Shown: one piece after another, positions 20,292-30,711 of the stretch
How the letters are laid out: every line of letters begins with the position of its first letter
Numbering within the stretch: the first letter of the stretch is position 1
NCBI GenBank assembly: GCA_024636785.1
Contig: JAGXGK010000025.1
Location: 83,476-147,475 of the forward strand
Reading direction: 5' to 3'
DNA length: 64,000 bases
DNA from: Gammaproteobacteria bacterium
GTDB lineage: Bacteria > Pseudomonadota > Gammaproteobacteria > SZUA-229
Program-made: the position numbers and the translations under genes
The notes under the pieces: model-generated
What the model was told of the DNA's origin: nothing
Databases searched by the model: none
Seen by the model: only the letters and a program-made list of their open reading frames with translations

Positions 20292-21029
20292 CTAAGCAGT
20301 TTTGCGTCTTGCTACTCCAATTAAGCCCAAAAGACCAGAGCCAAACAACCATGCTGCAGCGGGAACAGGTACGGCAGATACTGAAGTCACGTGCAGGCTA
20401 TTTCCGCTACCAATGTCTAAAAATCCTTGAACACCTATGAATGGGCCGTCTATAAAACCAGGGCTAGCTGCGGTGCCTGCCATGGGGGTGGCACCTTGCA
20501 TATCAGCGGCTAATTGAAGCGTATCTGAATAAGGGGTTGCTACGCTTCCTACGTCTGCCAGATATGTGTCACCAGCAGTAAAGGTTCCAGATGCATCATT
20601 ATCGTGATAGAGGTCTGTACCACTCAGTACATCTCCCGCCTGTAGACCGTAATCAATGGCGTTAAAAAGACCTGTGGCATCCCATTGGACAAATAGTTCC
20701 ATGTTTAAGTTACTGTTCCAATCAACCAGAACTGTACCATCAATTAAGTTAGTGCCAGCCTGACGTGTCATAGTAATGTCGTGGAATGTAGCCGGTGCAC
20801 CAAGGTAAAAATCATTCATTTCAATCGACATAGCGCTGTTACCAATGCCTGATGCCGTGTCGTATTCTAGTGAAGCGGCTATCGGTGTGTATGCCGGGCC
20901 AACAATACTCCCACCACTAACGACAACAAGTCGTCCGGTAAAGTCAAAGTTAATAATACTTGCCTGAGATACGACTGGCAGCAGGCAGAGGCACAGTGTG
21001 CAGATAAGTTTTTTATTGATTATGTTCAT
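20292..21029 (-). CDS. secreted protein with a PEP-CTERM-type (VPxPA variant) C-terminal sorting signal
   Basis: Signal peptide LCLCLLPVVSQAS. The C-terminus VPVPAAAWLFGSGLLGLIGVARRKTA has the motif, a TM helix and a basic tail. Confidence 0.75.
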   Translation of the reverse strand: MNIINKKLICTLCLCLLPVVSQASIINFDFTGRLVVVSGGSIVGPAYTPIAASLEYDTASGIGNSAMSIEMNDFYLGAPATFHDITMTRQAGTNLIDGTVLVDWNSNLNMELFVQWDATGLFNAIDYGLQAGDVLSGTDLYHDNDASGTFTAGDTYLADVGSVATPYSDTLQLAADMQGATPMAGTAASPGFIDGPFIGVQGFLDIGSGNSLHVTSVSAVPVPAAAWLFGSGLLGLIGVARRKTA

Positions 21030-21264
21030 ATTTTAATCCCTTGTTCCTTGTTTTTTTATTTAGTCGTTATTGTTATACAGCTCTGAATAGAAATAAAGCA
21101 AAATTTATGCCTTAAACATAAAACTCATTACTTTCAATGGCTTGTTTAAATATTAGCATTGCATCGAATACTAATATGTAAGCAAGATTTACAAGAAATT
21201 GAATTTAGCTCTGGAACGAGTTGGGATTCTTTACAGTTGTTTAAAGGAGAATAAAAATTAATGA

Positions 21265-21303
21265 TAAAAAAACGGCGCTGATCGAAAGATCAGCGCCGTT
21301 TTT
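21265..21303 (-). terminator. rho-independent terminator after sat
   Basis: A7-ACGGCGCTGATC GAAA GATCAGCGCCGT-T5, a perfect 12-bp stem. Confidence 0.7.
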
Positions 21304-21325
21304 CGTCACAACTTAAGTGTAAAAC

Positions 21326-22516
21326 TTAGTCGTTCAGGCTTTTGTAGTAGTCCATCAAGATCTGAGCTACTTCAGGACGTGAGAACTCTTTTGGTGGAGC
21401 AATGCCGTTACCCAGCATTTCACGTACTTTAGTGCCTGACAGAAGAACGAAGTCTTCTTTCTGGTGGTCAGGTGCTTCACACATCATAACAACCTTGTCT
21501 AATTTCTTGGAGTAGGCAGTGTGGTCGGCCTTGAAGATTTCGATTTGCAGCGCGCCGGCAGGCACTTCTTCGAAAATAGTCTGGGCATCAAAGGCACCGT
21601 AGTGATCGCCAACACCGGCGTGGTCACGACCAACGATGAAGTGGGTGGCACCCATGTTCTGACGGAAGACGGCATGCAGTACAGCTTCACGGGGACCGGC
21701 GTAGAGCATGTCGAAACCGTAGCCGGTAACCATGGCGCTGTTTTCCGGGAAGTACAGCTCAACCATCTTGCGAATCGCGGCGTCACGCACCGGGGCAGGG
21801 ATATCGCCTTTCTTCAGTTTGCCCAGCAGCATGTGAATAACCAGGCCGTCACAGCCTAAGCGTTCCATGGCCATGTGGCAGAGCTCTTCGTGAGCCAGAT
21901 GCATGGGGTTACGAGTCTGGAAGGCAACGACTTTTTTCCAGCCGCGCTCAGCGATTTCGTTACGAATTTCAACTGCTGTACGGAAGGTGTCCGGGAATTC
22001 GCTCAGGAAGTAGGAGAAGTTCAATACCTGAATCGGGCCGGAAAGCAGGACTTTGCCTTGCTCCATGAAAGCGTCAACACCGGGGTGTGCTTCGTCAGGG
22101 CTGGGGTTGTAAACTTTTTTGGAGATCAGTGCGATTTCGTCATCGCTGAATTCTTCGACGGCTTCAACATCCATAATGGCGATAACAGGATGGCCTTCAA
22201 CGTTCGGATCTTTCAGGGCAATGCGATCACCGGCTTTGACGCCTGCTGCGTCTTTCAGCAGATTCAGTACCGGAGTAGGCCAGAACAGACCGGAAGTGGT
22301 TTTCATGTCGTTAGCTACAGACAGTGCATCGGCCTTGTTCATGTAGCCGGTGAGCGGGTTGAAGTAACCGGCACCCAGCATAACGGCATTGCCGGCAGCG
22401 GCCGAGCTAACCATGATGGATTGCAGACCTTCAGCCTCGACCTGCAAAGCTTCGTTTTTAGTTGTGTCGTATACGAACAGTGGATTCAGTTCGTCAGAAC
22501 CATGGGGTTTAATCAT
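21326..22516 (-). CDS. sat: sulfate adenylyltransferase (ATP sulfurylase)
   Basis: 396 aa, with the QTRNPMHLAHE and VGRDHAGVG motifs. Confidence 0.93.
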   Translation of the reverse strand: MIKPHGSDELNPLFVYDTTKNEALQVEAEGLQSIMVSSAAAGNAVMLGAGYFNPLTGYMNKADALSVANDMKTTSGLFWPTPVLNLLKDAAGVKAGDRIALKDPNVEGHPVIAIMDVEAVEEFSDDEIALISKKVYNPSPDEAHPGVDAFMEQGKVLLSGPIQVLNFSYFLSEFPDTFRTAVEIRNEIAERGWKKVVAFQTRNPMHLAHEELCHMAMERLGCDGLVIHMLLGKLKKGDIPAPVRDAAIRKMVELYFPENSAMVTGYGFDMLYAGPREAVLHAVFRQNMGATHFIVGRDHAGVGDHYGAFDAQTIFEEVPAGALQIEIFKADHTAYSKKLDKVVMMCEAPDHQKEDFVLLSGTKVREMLGNGIAPPKEFSRPEVAQILMDYYKSLND

Positions 22517-22680
22517 GTAATGTCTCCTGGAGGGCTTTTTACGCCGGCAGTTGGGCCGGCACTTTTAATAAAATCAGTAAAATTTGTGGCGCAATTCTAC
22601 AGTAAAGTGACTCGTTTTCGTAGTCGTCTGATGTAGTGCATTTGGGGTAGAGGCTGTTGCAGTAATATTAACGCGGATGA

Positions 22681-23268
22681 TTATCGTTTCTCGCCCCAGA
22701 GCTGTTCAAGTCGCTGATCCCGGCCACAGCGGTAGCGGTAATATTTATAGCGGATGGGGTTCTTCAGGTAGTAGTTCTGATGATAAGCCTCGGCAGGATA
22801 GAAGGTGGTGGCGTTATCCAGCTCGGTGACGATGGCGGCTTCGAATGGCTTGTTTTGCTGTAGTGCTTCCAGAGAGGCTTCAGCGGCGGCTCGCTGGGCT
22901 TCGTTGTGGAAATAGATGCCACTGCGGTACTGACTGCCGTGGTCACAAAATTGGCGGTCGCGGGTTGTGGGGTCGATATTTTTCCAGAACACCTCAAGCA
23001 GCTGCATATAGCTTACTTTTGTTGGATCATATTCAATTTGTATGGCTTCGGTGTGTCCCGTGCCACCGGCAGAGACCTCCTCATATGTCGGGTTTTTCCT
23101 GTGACCATCGGTATAACCCGAGGTGGTGGAGAGCACCCCGTCGAGTTTGTCGAAGGGCGGTTCCATGCACCAGAAGCAGCCGCCGGCAAACGTGGCGATG
23201 GCCCTGTCGTCGGCCGCTAGCGCGGTCAGGGAATATAAAAGCGAGCTAATAAGCAGAAGATATCGCAT
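22681..23268 (-). CDS. msrA: peptide-methionine (S)-S-oxide reductase, with signal peptide
   Basis: Signal peptide followed by the GGCFWCMEPPF active-site motif. Confidence 0.9.
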   Translation of the reverse strand: MRYLLLISSLLYSLTALAADDRAIATFAGGCFWCMEPPFDKLDGVLSTTSGYTDGHRKNPTYEEVSAGGTGHTEAIQIEYDPTKVSYMQLLEVFWKNIDPTTRDRQFCDHGSQYRSGIYFHNEAQRAAAEASLEALQQNKPFEAAIVTELDNATTFYPAEAYHQNYYLKNPIRYKYYRYRCGRDQRLEQLWGEKR

Positions 23269-23486
23269 GGCGGTTGCTCTGAATGATTTAAAAATGTGAC
23301 AAGACCCGGCTATTTTAGTTTCCGGCGATAACCCGTCAGGAAAAAGCCGGAAAGATCCGGCTTATAAACATTGTCAGGAAAAGTTATTTTTTTGGTGTGG
23401 ACTATCAGGCTGCGGCCACATAGTCATCGCTATTAGAACCTTAATGTTAGATTTACGGACAGGTTAGTAGTTTCACCATTGCAGTG

Positions 23487-23825
23487 TTAATGGGGGGATT
23501 TTTCAGCGCAGCACAGGCACAGTTCAGCATAGGGTACTGCCTGTAAGCGTTCATGCGGGATCGGCTCGCCACAGGCCTTGCAGATACCGTAGGCACCCAG
23601 AGCAATCCGGTTGAGCGCGTTATCGATCTGCATGACCATGTACTGAGCCTCATCATCCAGAGCCGCCAGAACATCGTCATTTTCGCTCTGCGTGGCCTGT
23701 TCGGCGAAGTCTTTTTCCACGGGCTCTTCCTTGTGATGGGTGTCTTTCTCAATGGCCTTGATTCTTCCGGTATATTCTTCGCGTAGAGCCAGCAGCTGAT
23801 TTTTAAATGTGTCGAAAGATTCCAT
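23487..23825 (-). CDS. DksA/TraR-family C4-type zinc-finger protein
   Basis: CKACGEPIPHERL....CLCC zinc finger preceded by a coiled-coil region. Confidence 0.8.
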   Translation of the reverse strand: MESFDTFKNQLLALREEYTGRIKAIEKDTHHKEEPVEKDFAEQATQSENDDVLAALDDEAQYMVMQIDNALNRIALGAYGICKACGEPIPHERLQAVPYAELCLCCAEKSPH

Positions 23826-23862
23826 GATTTTTTCCCGTGTTAAGTGATAGTGGTTAAAATTA

Positions 23863-24099
23863 TTATTGAGCTAGTATTTCAAAAATCTGATCTTTTAGAT
23901 GTAAGCGATCTTTTTTCAGCTCAGCCAGATAATCATCGTTGGCGCTTTCCAGACCCTGTTCTGCACGGACGATGGATTTATCAATGCCTTCGTATTCGTG
24001 GGTAAGACGTCGAAAATGAGCATCATTTAACTTTAATGCATGAAGCTGATCTTTGTGTTCCGGAAACTCTTCGATCAGTGGATGATGTGTTATTGACAT
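23863..24099 (-). CDS. YdcH/DUF465-family small protein
   Basis: 78 aa. HPLIEEFPEHKDQLHALKLNDAHFRRLTHEYEGIDKSI is the typical DUF465 pattern. Confidence 0.7.
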   Translation of the reverse strand: MSITHHPLIEEFPEHKDQLHALKLNDAHFRRLTHEYEGIDKSIVRAEQGLESANDDYLAELKKDRLHLKDQIFEILAQ

Positions 24100-24188
24100 T
24101 GCATAGCCTCAATTGTTATTTGGTTTCAGTATCATTATAAATTATTTATTTAACAGGCTATTGATTGGAATCAATCTTAATTAAACCC

Positions 24189-24218
24189 GTGAATCCATGG
24201 TTAAGCCACGGATTCAGG
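24189..24218. repeat. hairpin repeat (GAATCC[AG]TGG..CCACGGATTC), copy 1
   Basis: GTGAATCCATGGTTAAGCCACGGATTCAGG. A closely related hairpin is at 27279-27309. Confidence 0.6.
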
Positions 24219-24232
24219 TAAAAGTTACAGAT

Positions 24233-24266
24233 AAAAAAAGCGAAGCCTGAGCTTCGCTTTTTTTTG
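24233..24266 (-). terminator. rho-independent terminator after hppA
   Basis: A-run, AAGCGAAGC CTGA GCTTCGCTT, then a T8 run. Confidence 0.7.
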
Positions 24267-24286
24267 TACTCGCTGCGGTGATAAAA

Positions 24287-26308
24287 CTACAGCAGTGGCA
24301 CCATCATCAAAGCCACGATGTTGATGATTTTAATCAACGGATTGATGGCAGGGCCGGCGGTGTCCTTGTACGGGTCGCCAACGGTATCACCGGTGACGGC
24401 GGCTTTATGGGCATCAGAACCCTTGCCACCGAAGTGACCGTCTTCGATGTACTTCTTGGCGTTGTCCCATGCACCACCACCGGTGGTCATGGAGATGGCC
24501 ACAAACAGACCGGTGACGATGGTGCCGATCAGCATGCCACCGAGTGCCTGTGCGCCGAGGAAGTAACCAACGGCGATAGGGGCGGCGATAGGCAGTAATG
24601 ACGGAATCATCATTTCCTTAATGGCGGAACGGGTCAGCATGTCCACAGCGCGTGAATAATCAGGCTTCTGCGATTTATCCATGATACCGGGCATTTCTTT
24701 GAACTGGCGACGAACTTCGTTGACGATGCCACCGGCGGCACGACCCACCGCTTCCATCGCCATCGCACCAAACAGGTAAGGCACCAGACCACCAATGAAC
24801 AGGCCGATGATTACCATGTGATTGGATAAATCGAAGCTGGTCACTTTACCCGCCGTTTCCAGTGTATGGGTGTAATCAGCAAACAGCACCAGTGTGGCCA
24901 GACCGGCGGAGCCGATAGCGTAGCCTTTGGTGACCGCTTTCGTGGTGTTGCCGACCGCATCCAGTGCATCTGTGGTAGCGCGTACATCTTCCGGCAACTC
25001 AGCCATTTCAGCGATACCACCGGCGTTATCAGTGATAGGGCCATAGGCGTCCAGGGCCACGATGATGCCGGTCATGGAGAGCATGGCGGTGGCAGCGATG
25101 GCGATACCGTACAGGCCGGCAAGCTCATGAGCGCCCCAGATGGAAGCGCACACCGCTAGAACAGGCATAGCGGTGGATTTCATGGAAATGCCCAGACCCG
25201 CAATAACGTTAGTGCCATCACCTGTGGTTGAAGCTTCAGCGATACGTTTAACCGGACCAAACTCGGTCGCAGTGTAGTATTCGGTGATCACAATCATGGC
25301 GACCGTCAGAGCAAGACCAATCAGTGCTGAGTAGAACAATGAACTGGCGGTGTAACCATCAATGCCGCTCATCATTTTGTTGGTGATAAAATAGAAAGCG
25401 ATCGCTGAAATTACCGCAGAGACAACGGTGCCCCGGTAAAGGGCGTTCATGATCTTGCCGCCATCGGAAGTTTTTACGAAGAATGTACCGATGATTGAAG
25501 CGATGATAGATGCACCGCCCAGTACCAGCGGATATGTCATCGCCAGATCACCTGCCATTTCACCCAGCAACATGTTGCCCAGCAGCATGGTCGCGATCAG
25601 CGTTACCGCGTAAGTTTCAAACAAATCGGCCGCCATACCCGCGCAGTCACCAACATTGTCGCCCACGTTATCAGCGATAACCGCCGGGTTGCGAATATCA
25701 TCTTCCGGAATGCCCGCTTCAACTTTGCCGACGATGTCAGCACCGACATCGGCGCCTTTGGTGAAGATGCCACCACCTAAACGCGCAAAGATCGAAATCA
25801 GTGAACCGCCGAAGGCAAGACCAACCAGTGCGTGCAATGCATCCGCAGAGTTCATGCCTGTTGCAGTGAGTACCGCATAATAGCCGGCAACACCCAGCAG
25901 AGCCAGGCCGACTACCAGCATACCGGTGATCGCGCCGCCTTTGAATGCCACCTGCAAGGCAGGGTTGATACCATCTCTGGCTGCTTCAGCGGTACGCGAA
26001 TTAGAGCGTACCGAGACATGCATACCGATGAAACCGGCAAGGCCGGACAGCACTGCGCCAATGGCAAAGCCGATGGCGGTGGCCGTACCCAGTGCATACA
26101 TGATGACGGCGAAAATAACCACACCCACTATCGCAATAGCGGTGTACTGTCTTTTCAGATAGGCGATGGCGCCTTCCTGAATGGCGCTTTGAATACGAAC
26201 CATTTCTTCGTTACCCATCGGTTTTGACAGGATACTGAAAATGGAGATGACGCCATAGGCAATGCCGGCTAAGGCACAGACAAGGGCAATTATGATTTCG
26301 GGGGACAT
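24287..26308 (-). CDS. hppA: membrane H+-translocating pyrophosphatase (K+-independent type inferred)
   Basis: 673 aa, multi-[23 protein letters not shown], and [16 protein letters not shown]. The Lys in GNTTKA is the variant linked to K+ independence. Confidence 0.92.
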   Translation of the reverse strand: MSPEIIIALVCALAGIAYGVISIFSILSKPMGNEEMVRIQSAIQEGAIAYLKRQYTAIAIVGVVIFAVIMYALGTATAIGFAIGAVLSGLAGFIGMHVSVRSNSRTAEAARDGINPALQVAFKGGAITGMLVVGLALLGVAGYYAVLTATGMNSADALHALVGLAFGGSLISIFARLGGGIFTKGADVGADIVGKVEAGIPEDDIRNPAVIADNVGDNVGDCAGMAADLFETYAVTLIATMLLGNMLLGEMAGDLAMTYPLVLGGASIIASIIGTFFVKTSDGGKIMNALYRGTVVSAVISAIAFYFITNKMMSGIDGYTASSLFYSALIGLALTVAMIVITEYYTATEFGPVKRIAEASTTGDGTNVIAGLGISMKSTAMPVLAVCASIWGAHELAGLYGIAIAATAMLSMTGIIVALDAYGPITDNAGGIAEMAELPEDVRATTDALDAVGNTTKAVTKGYAIGSAGLATLVLFADYTHTLETAGKVTSFDLSNHMVIIGLFIGGLVPYLFGAMAMEAVGRAAGGIVNEVRRQFKEMPGIMDKSQKPDYSRAVDMLTRSAIKEMMIPSLLPIAAPIAVGYFLGAQALGGMLIGTIVTGLFVAISMTTGGGAWDNAKKYIEDGHFGGKGSDAHKAAVTGDTVGDPYKDTAGPAINPLIKIINIVALMMVPLL

Positions 26309-26429
26309 GCTTCAACTCCTGATTATTATTTGAGGTTTGCTTTTTATATTATATTGATGGTCTAACAGCTGATCTTGATCAAGATTATTAACAATAGCCC
26401 AAAATTATCATAATTAAGGGCTATTTCTC

Positions 26430-27095
<666 letters not shown>

Positions 27096-27278
27096 TTATT
27101 GATTAAGTATTATTAATGCCGGTGCGGATTTTTATGTATCGTGCTATTCGCATCGGTTATTTTTTAAAAGGGGTGTCGTAATATTCGCCCCTCTCTCTCA
27201 TATCCCGTCTTTCCTCGAGATCGTAATCTCGAATCAGATGATCAACGGTTGCCTGACCAAAGTCACGCATGACTTTAA

Positions 27279-27309
27279 CCTGAATCCGTGGTTTAACCAC
27301 GGATTCAGG
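27279..27309. repeat. hairpin repeat, copy 2 (perfect 13-bp stem)
   Basis: CCTGAATCCGTGG TTTAA CCACGGATTCAGG, in the pfp-adk spacer. Confidence 0.65.
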
Positions 27310-27446
27310 TTTACCTAAAATCATACGTGTCGCATTCGGTTATAATCACTGCCAAAATTGACATGCATGGCAATTAACTCTCGAGCTTTTTCTATGGTCA
27401 TCACAACTCGCTAATCTGCCTGGAAATTACTTCATCTTTGCAGATT

Positions 27447-28709
27447 TTATACTTCAAACGGGCCGCATTTTTTCGCAACCATTACTTTCTTCAAAGTAAC
27501 GTACTTAGGCAGGCCGTTCTTGTTGTATGCCGGGTAGTCTTCACCTTTGATTAGAGGCTCCAGATATTCACGGCATTTTTTGGTGATACCAAAACCATCT
27601 TTGGAGATAAAGTTCTTGGGCATCATCTTTTCAACATTGGCCACTTTCTTCAGCGGTGCCATTTCGATCTTCCAGCGGTAAGGCTTGTTGCTGGTGCGAA
27701 TGATGGCAGGCATGACAGAGTTATGACCCTTGACCGCATATTCAACGGCGGCTTTACCGGTAGCATAAGCCTGCTCAACGTCCGATTTTGATGCAATGTG
27801 ACGCGCTGCACGTTGCAGGTAATCGGCCACGGCCCAGTGATATTTGTAACCGAGTTCTTTCTGGATCATGCCGGCAACAACCGGAGCGGCGCCGCCTAGC
27901 TGGCTGTGACCAAACGCATCTTTCAGGCCGGTTTCCGCCAGGAATTTACCGTCCGGCCAGGCTACGCCCTCGGAGACAACGACTGAACAGTAACCGAACT
28001 GTTTAACCTTGTCATCGACCGTTTTCAGGAATTTGGCCTGATCGAACTTAACTTCAGGGAATAGAATCACAACTGGAATTTCATGCTCTTCGGTTGACGC
28101 CATGGCACCGGCTGCGGCGATCCAGCCGGCGTGACGACCCATTACTTCCAGCACGAAGACTTTGGTTGAAGTTTTGCACATGGAGGCGACATCGAAACTG
28201 GCTTCCATGGTTGAAATCGCGATGTATTTGGCAACCGAACCAAAACCGGGGCAGTTATCCGTAATCGGCAGATCGTTGTCGACTGTTTTGGGAACGTGCA
28301 CGGCTGTGATGGGGTAGCCCATTTTTTTACCGATCTGAGAAATTTTCAGGCAGGTGTCAGCGGAATCGCCGCCGCCGTTGTAGAAAAAGTAGCCGATGTT
28401 GTGGGCTTTGAAAACTTCGATCAGACGCTCGTATTCAGCTTTGTTGTCTTCCAGACTTTTCAGTTTGAAGCGGCAGGAACCAAAGGCGCCGGAAGGGGTA
28501 CTACGCAGACCGGCGATGGTGCTTTTGGTCTCTTTGCTGGTATCGATCAGCTCTTCGGCTAAGGCACCGATAATGCCGTTGTTACCGGCATAAACTTTGC
28601 CGATTTTGTCTTTGTGGGCACGGGCGGTTTCGATGACGCCGCAGGCTGAAGCATTGATCACCGCAGTCACGCCGCCGGATTGTGCATAAAAAGCATTCAT
28701 TTTGCTCAT
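27447..28709 (-). CDS. pfp: 6-phosphofructokinase, PPi-dependent type (inferred)
   Basis: 420 aa. PFK-family motifs GGGDS, PKTVDNDLP, MGRHAGW. PPi dependence is inferred from the roughly 420-aa architecture and the linkage to hppA. Confidence 0.8.
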   Translation of the reverse strand: MSKMNAFYAQSGGVTAVINASACGVIETARAHKDKIGKVYAGNNGIIGALAEELIDTSKETKSTIAGLRSTPSGAFGSCRFKLKSLEDNKAEYERLIEVFKAHNIGYFFYNGGGDSADTCLKISQIGKKMGYPITAVHVPKTVDNDLPITDNCPGFGSVAKYIAISTMEASFDVASMCKTSTKVFVLEVMGRHAGWIAAAGAMASTEEHEIPVVILFPEVKFDQAKFLKTVDDKVKQFGYCSVVVSEGVAWPDGKFLAETGLKDAFGHSQLGGAAPVVAGMIQKELGYKYHWAVADYLQRAARHIASKSDVEQAYATGKAAVEYAVKGHNSVMPAIIRTSNKPYRWKIEMAPLKKVANVEKMMPKNFISKDGFGITKKCREYLEPLIKGEDYPAYNKNGLPKYVTLKKVMVAKKCGPFEV

Positions 28710-28745
28710 AGATTTTCCTCAGTTGAGTAAGTTAGTATTATTAAT

Positions 28746-29099
28746 TCAGGATGTTTGTTCTTCTTTTCTTACTGTTTCTCTGTCTGCGTGAACCTGAAGC
28801 ATGGTCACCAGACAGTCGGCGATATCGTCAAAATCTTTACCGCCACTACCGTATTGCTGATACCCCCGGTAATAGAACTGGCAGCGATAGACGCGCCCGG
28901 CAACCTTGATGATAACAAAACTGGCCTCATCGACCTGCCAGAACAGGGCGGGGCACTTGCTGAGCTCGCGGTCTTCCGGGTACATGCGTATTTCGACATC
29001 GGCCGGCTGCAATTCAATGTCCAGATTCGGCCAGCGCTCTTTCAGCGTGGTTGAGACGACCCACTGTTCGGTCTCGGTGATATCGGGTATGGATGACAT
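28746..29099 (-). CDS. hypothetical protein
   Basis: 117-aa ORF in the co-oriented block. I recognise no motif. Confidence 0.45.
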   Translation of the reverse strand: MSSIPDITETEQWVVSTTLKERWPNLDIELQPADVEIRMYPEDRELSKCPALFWQVDEASFVIIKVAGRVYRCQFYYRGYQQYGSGGKDFDDIADCLVTMLQVHADRETVRKEEQTS

Positions 29100-29220
29100 T
29101 AAATTCTGGCTCTGAACGATAAATCAGGACTGCGAGGATACCTTAATCCGCTTTATTTTTCAGCAAAAAGACTTTTATAGCTTGATAAACATACATGTTA
29201 CAGATAAAGCTTTTTATGGT

Positions 29221-29700
29221 TTAGTGTAGCGAAGGTGCGGTTTCCACCCCATTGGTCAGTTCTTCGATCGTGGCATCGCGAACTTTAACGAGATTGATGT
29301 TGAAGCTAATCTCCTTGCCCGCCAGAGGATGGTTACCATCGACGGTGAGCTTGCCGTCGGTGATGCTGACGACGCGAAAGTTTTTGCTTTCGCCCTGTTC
29401 GTTTTGAAATTCCATCTCGGCGCCAATGTGCTGAAATTCCTCAGGGACATCTTTCAGGTCGTAGGTAAAAGTGAGTTCCGGCTGGTGCGGACCAAAGCCC
29501 TCTTCAGGCGAAATTTTCACACTGATGGCATCACCCTGTTTATGCCCCAGCAGGGCAGTTTCAATTTTTTCCATCAGCTGGCTGTTGTGACCATAGATAA
29601 GTCGCACCGGTAGATCAATGCGCTCGACAACTTCATTATTTTCGTCAGTGATTGTATAGGTGAGTGCAACGAACTTATTTTTTTCGATAGTGTCAACCAT
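29221..29700 (-). CDS. FKBP-type peptidyl-prolyl isomerase, SlyD-like
   Basis: Started at MVDTIEKNKFVALTYT (29700). Contains LIYGHNSQLMEKIETALLGHKQGD and NHPLAGKEISFNINLVKV. Confidence 0.8.
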   Translation of the reverse strand: MVDTIEKNKFVALTYTITDENNEVVERIDLPVRLIYGHNSQLMEKIETALLGHKQGDAISVKISPEEGFGPHQPELTFTYDLKDVPEEFQHIGAEMEFQNEQGESKNFRVVSITDGKLTVDGNHPLAGKEISFNINLVKVRDATIEELTNGVETAPSLH

Positions 29701-29846
29701 GAAGGCCCCAAAGGTATTTGATCTGCTTGAATGGCCTGGCATTTTACACAAAATCACTCGCGGGTGCATACAGGGCTCTGGCCGATGAATCGGCCAGAGT
29801 GTATAATTAAAACCAGTAAATCAACAGGTTATGAAGGGCTTTATTT

Positions 29847-30170
29847 ATGTCTACAAGCGGGTCAGGCGGTTGCAGTGAAAGTGAACCTTACGCATTACGC
29901 GTACTGGGCGACAGCATGCTGCCGGAATTTAAAGAGGGTGCGGTGATTGTCATCGACCCCGCAGGTGCCATGAGAGACGGCAGTTACGTGGTGGCGATGC
30001 ACAACGATGAGCTGATTTTCAGGCAGCTCAGAATTCATGACGATAAATATTTCCTTCAGCCGCTGAATGATCTCTACGATACCGTTGAAATTCCGGGATT
30101 GAACGCGGTTACCGGCGTGATTTCTCAGCAGGCGGGTCGTCGACGTAAGGATCGAAAACGCTACGACTGA
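29847..30170 (+). CDS. stand-alone S24 (LexA/UmuD-like) peptidase domain protein
   Basis: LRVLGDSMLPEFKEGAVIVID...DELIFRQL aligns with UmuD (GDSM ... FTVKKL). There is no N-terminal DNA-binding domain. Confidence 0.65.
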   Translation: MSTSGSGGCSESEPYALRVLGDSMLPEFKEGAVIVIDPAGAMRDGSYVVAMHNDELIFRQLRIHDDKYFLQPLNDLYDTVEIPGLNAVTGVISQQAGRRRKDRKRYD

Positions 30171-30223
30171 TTTTTCGCGATGTGTAATTTAGGGGCCAGG
30201 AACATACTAATGTACCTGGTCCC

Positions 30224-30706
30224 TTAGTCGATGATGGTGCGGCGATCCGGATGCATGAGCTGCGAACAGAAGCCTGCATTGAGCATCTCCTCGACTTCAT
30301 CGGGATCAACAATTTGCTGCTGTGCATTTCTCAGCGGCAGTTCATAGTCATTCCAGCCGCGCAGACCGGTTTGCATCGATTTTACATTGCGGTAACCCAT
30401 GATCTGCATGGTCTGAGCCGCCAGCAGGCTGCGGTTGCCCGAACGACAGATTAAAATGATTTCGCGCTCGCGGGCGGCAATCAGTTCGGGCACTGCGTCT
30501 TCGTACTCTTCTTCGCAGGCGGTCTCAAGAATGCCACGCGGAACCAGCATGGAATGGGCGACGTGGTAAGCGGAAAATTCACACTCCTCACGAATATCCA
30601 GAAGCAGAACATTCTCATCTGCCTGCATACGTTCATCAACGTGCCAGGGGAATAATTCATCGACTTGTTGGCGTGCTTCGGCGACCAGATCTGCAAATTT
30701 TTTCAT
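30224..30706 (-). CDS. rhodanese-domain sulfurtransferase
   Basis: 160 aa with the active-site loop ICRSGNRS. Confidence 0.8.
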   Translation of the reverse strand: MKKFADLVAEARQQVDELFPWHVDERMQADENVLLLDIREECEFSAYHVAHSMLVPRGILETACEEEYEDAVPELIAAREREIILICRSGNRSLLAAQTMQIMGYRNVKSMQTGLRGWNDYELPLRNAQQQIVDPDEVEEMLNAGFCSQLMHPDRRTIID

Positions 30707-30711
30707 AATCT

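Noticed and set aside
21875-22636. 253-aa plus-strand ORF opposite sat
   Set aside because: It is antisense to sat, which carries the QTRNPMHLAHE and GRDHAG motifs. Shadow ORF.
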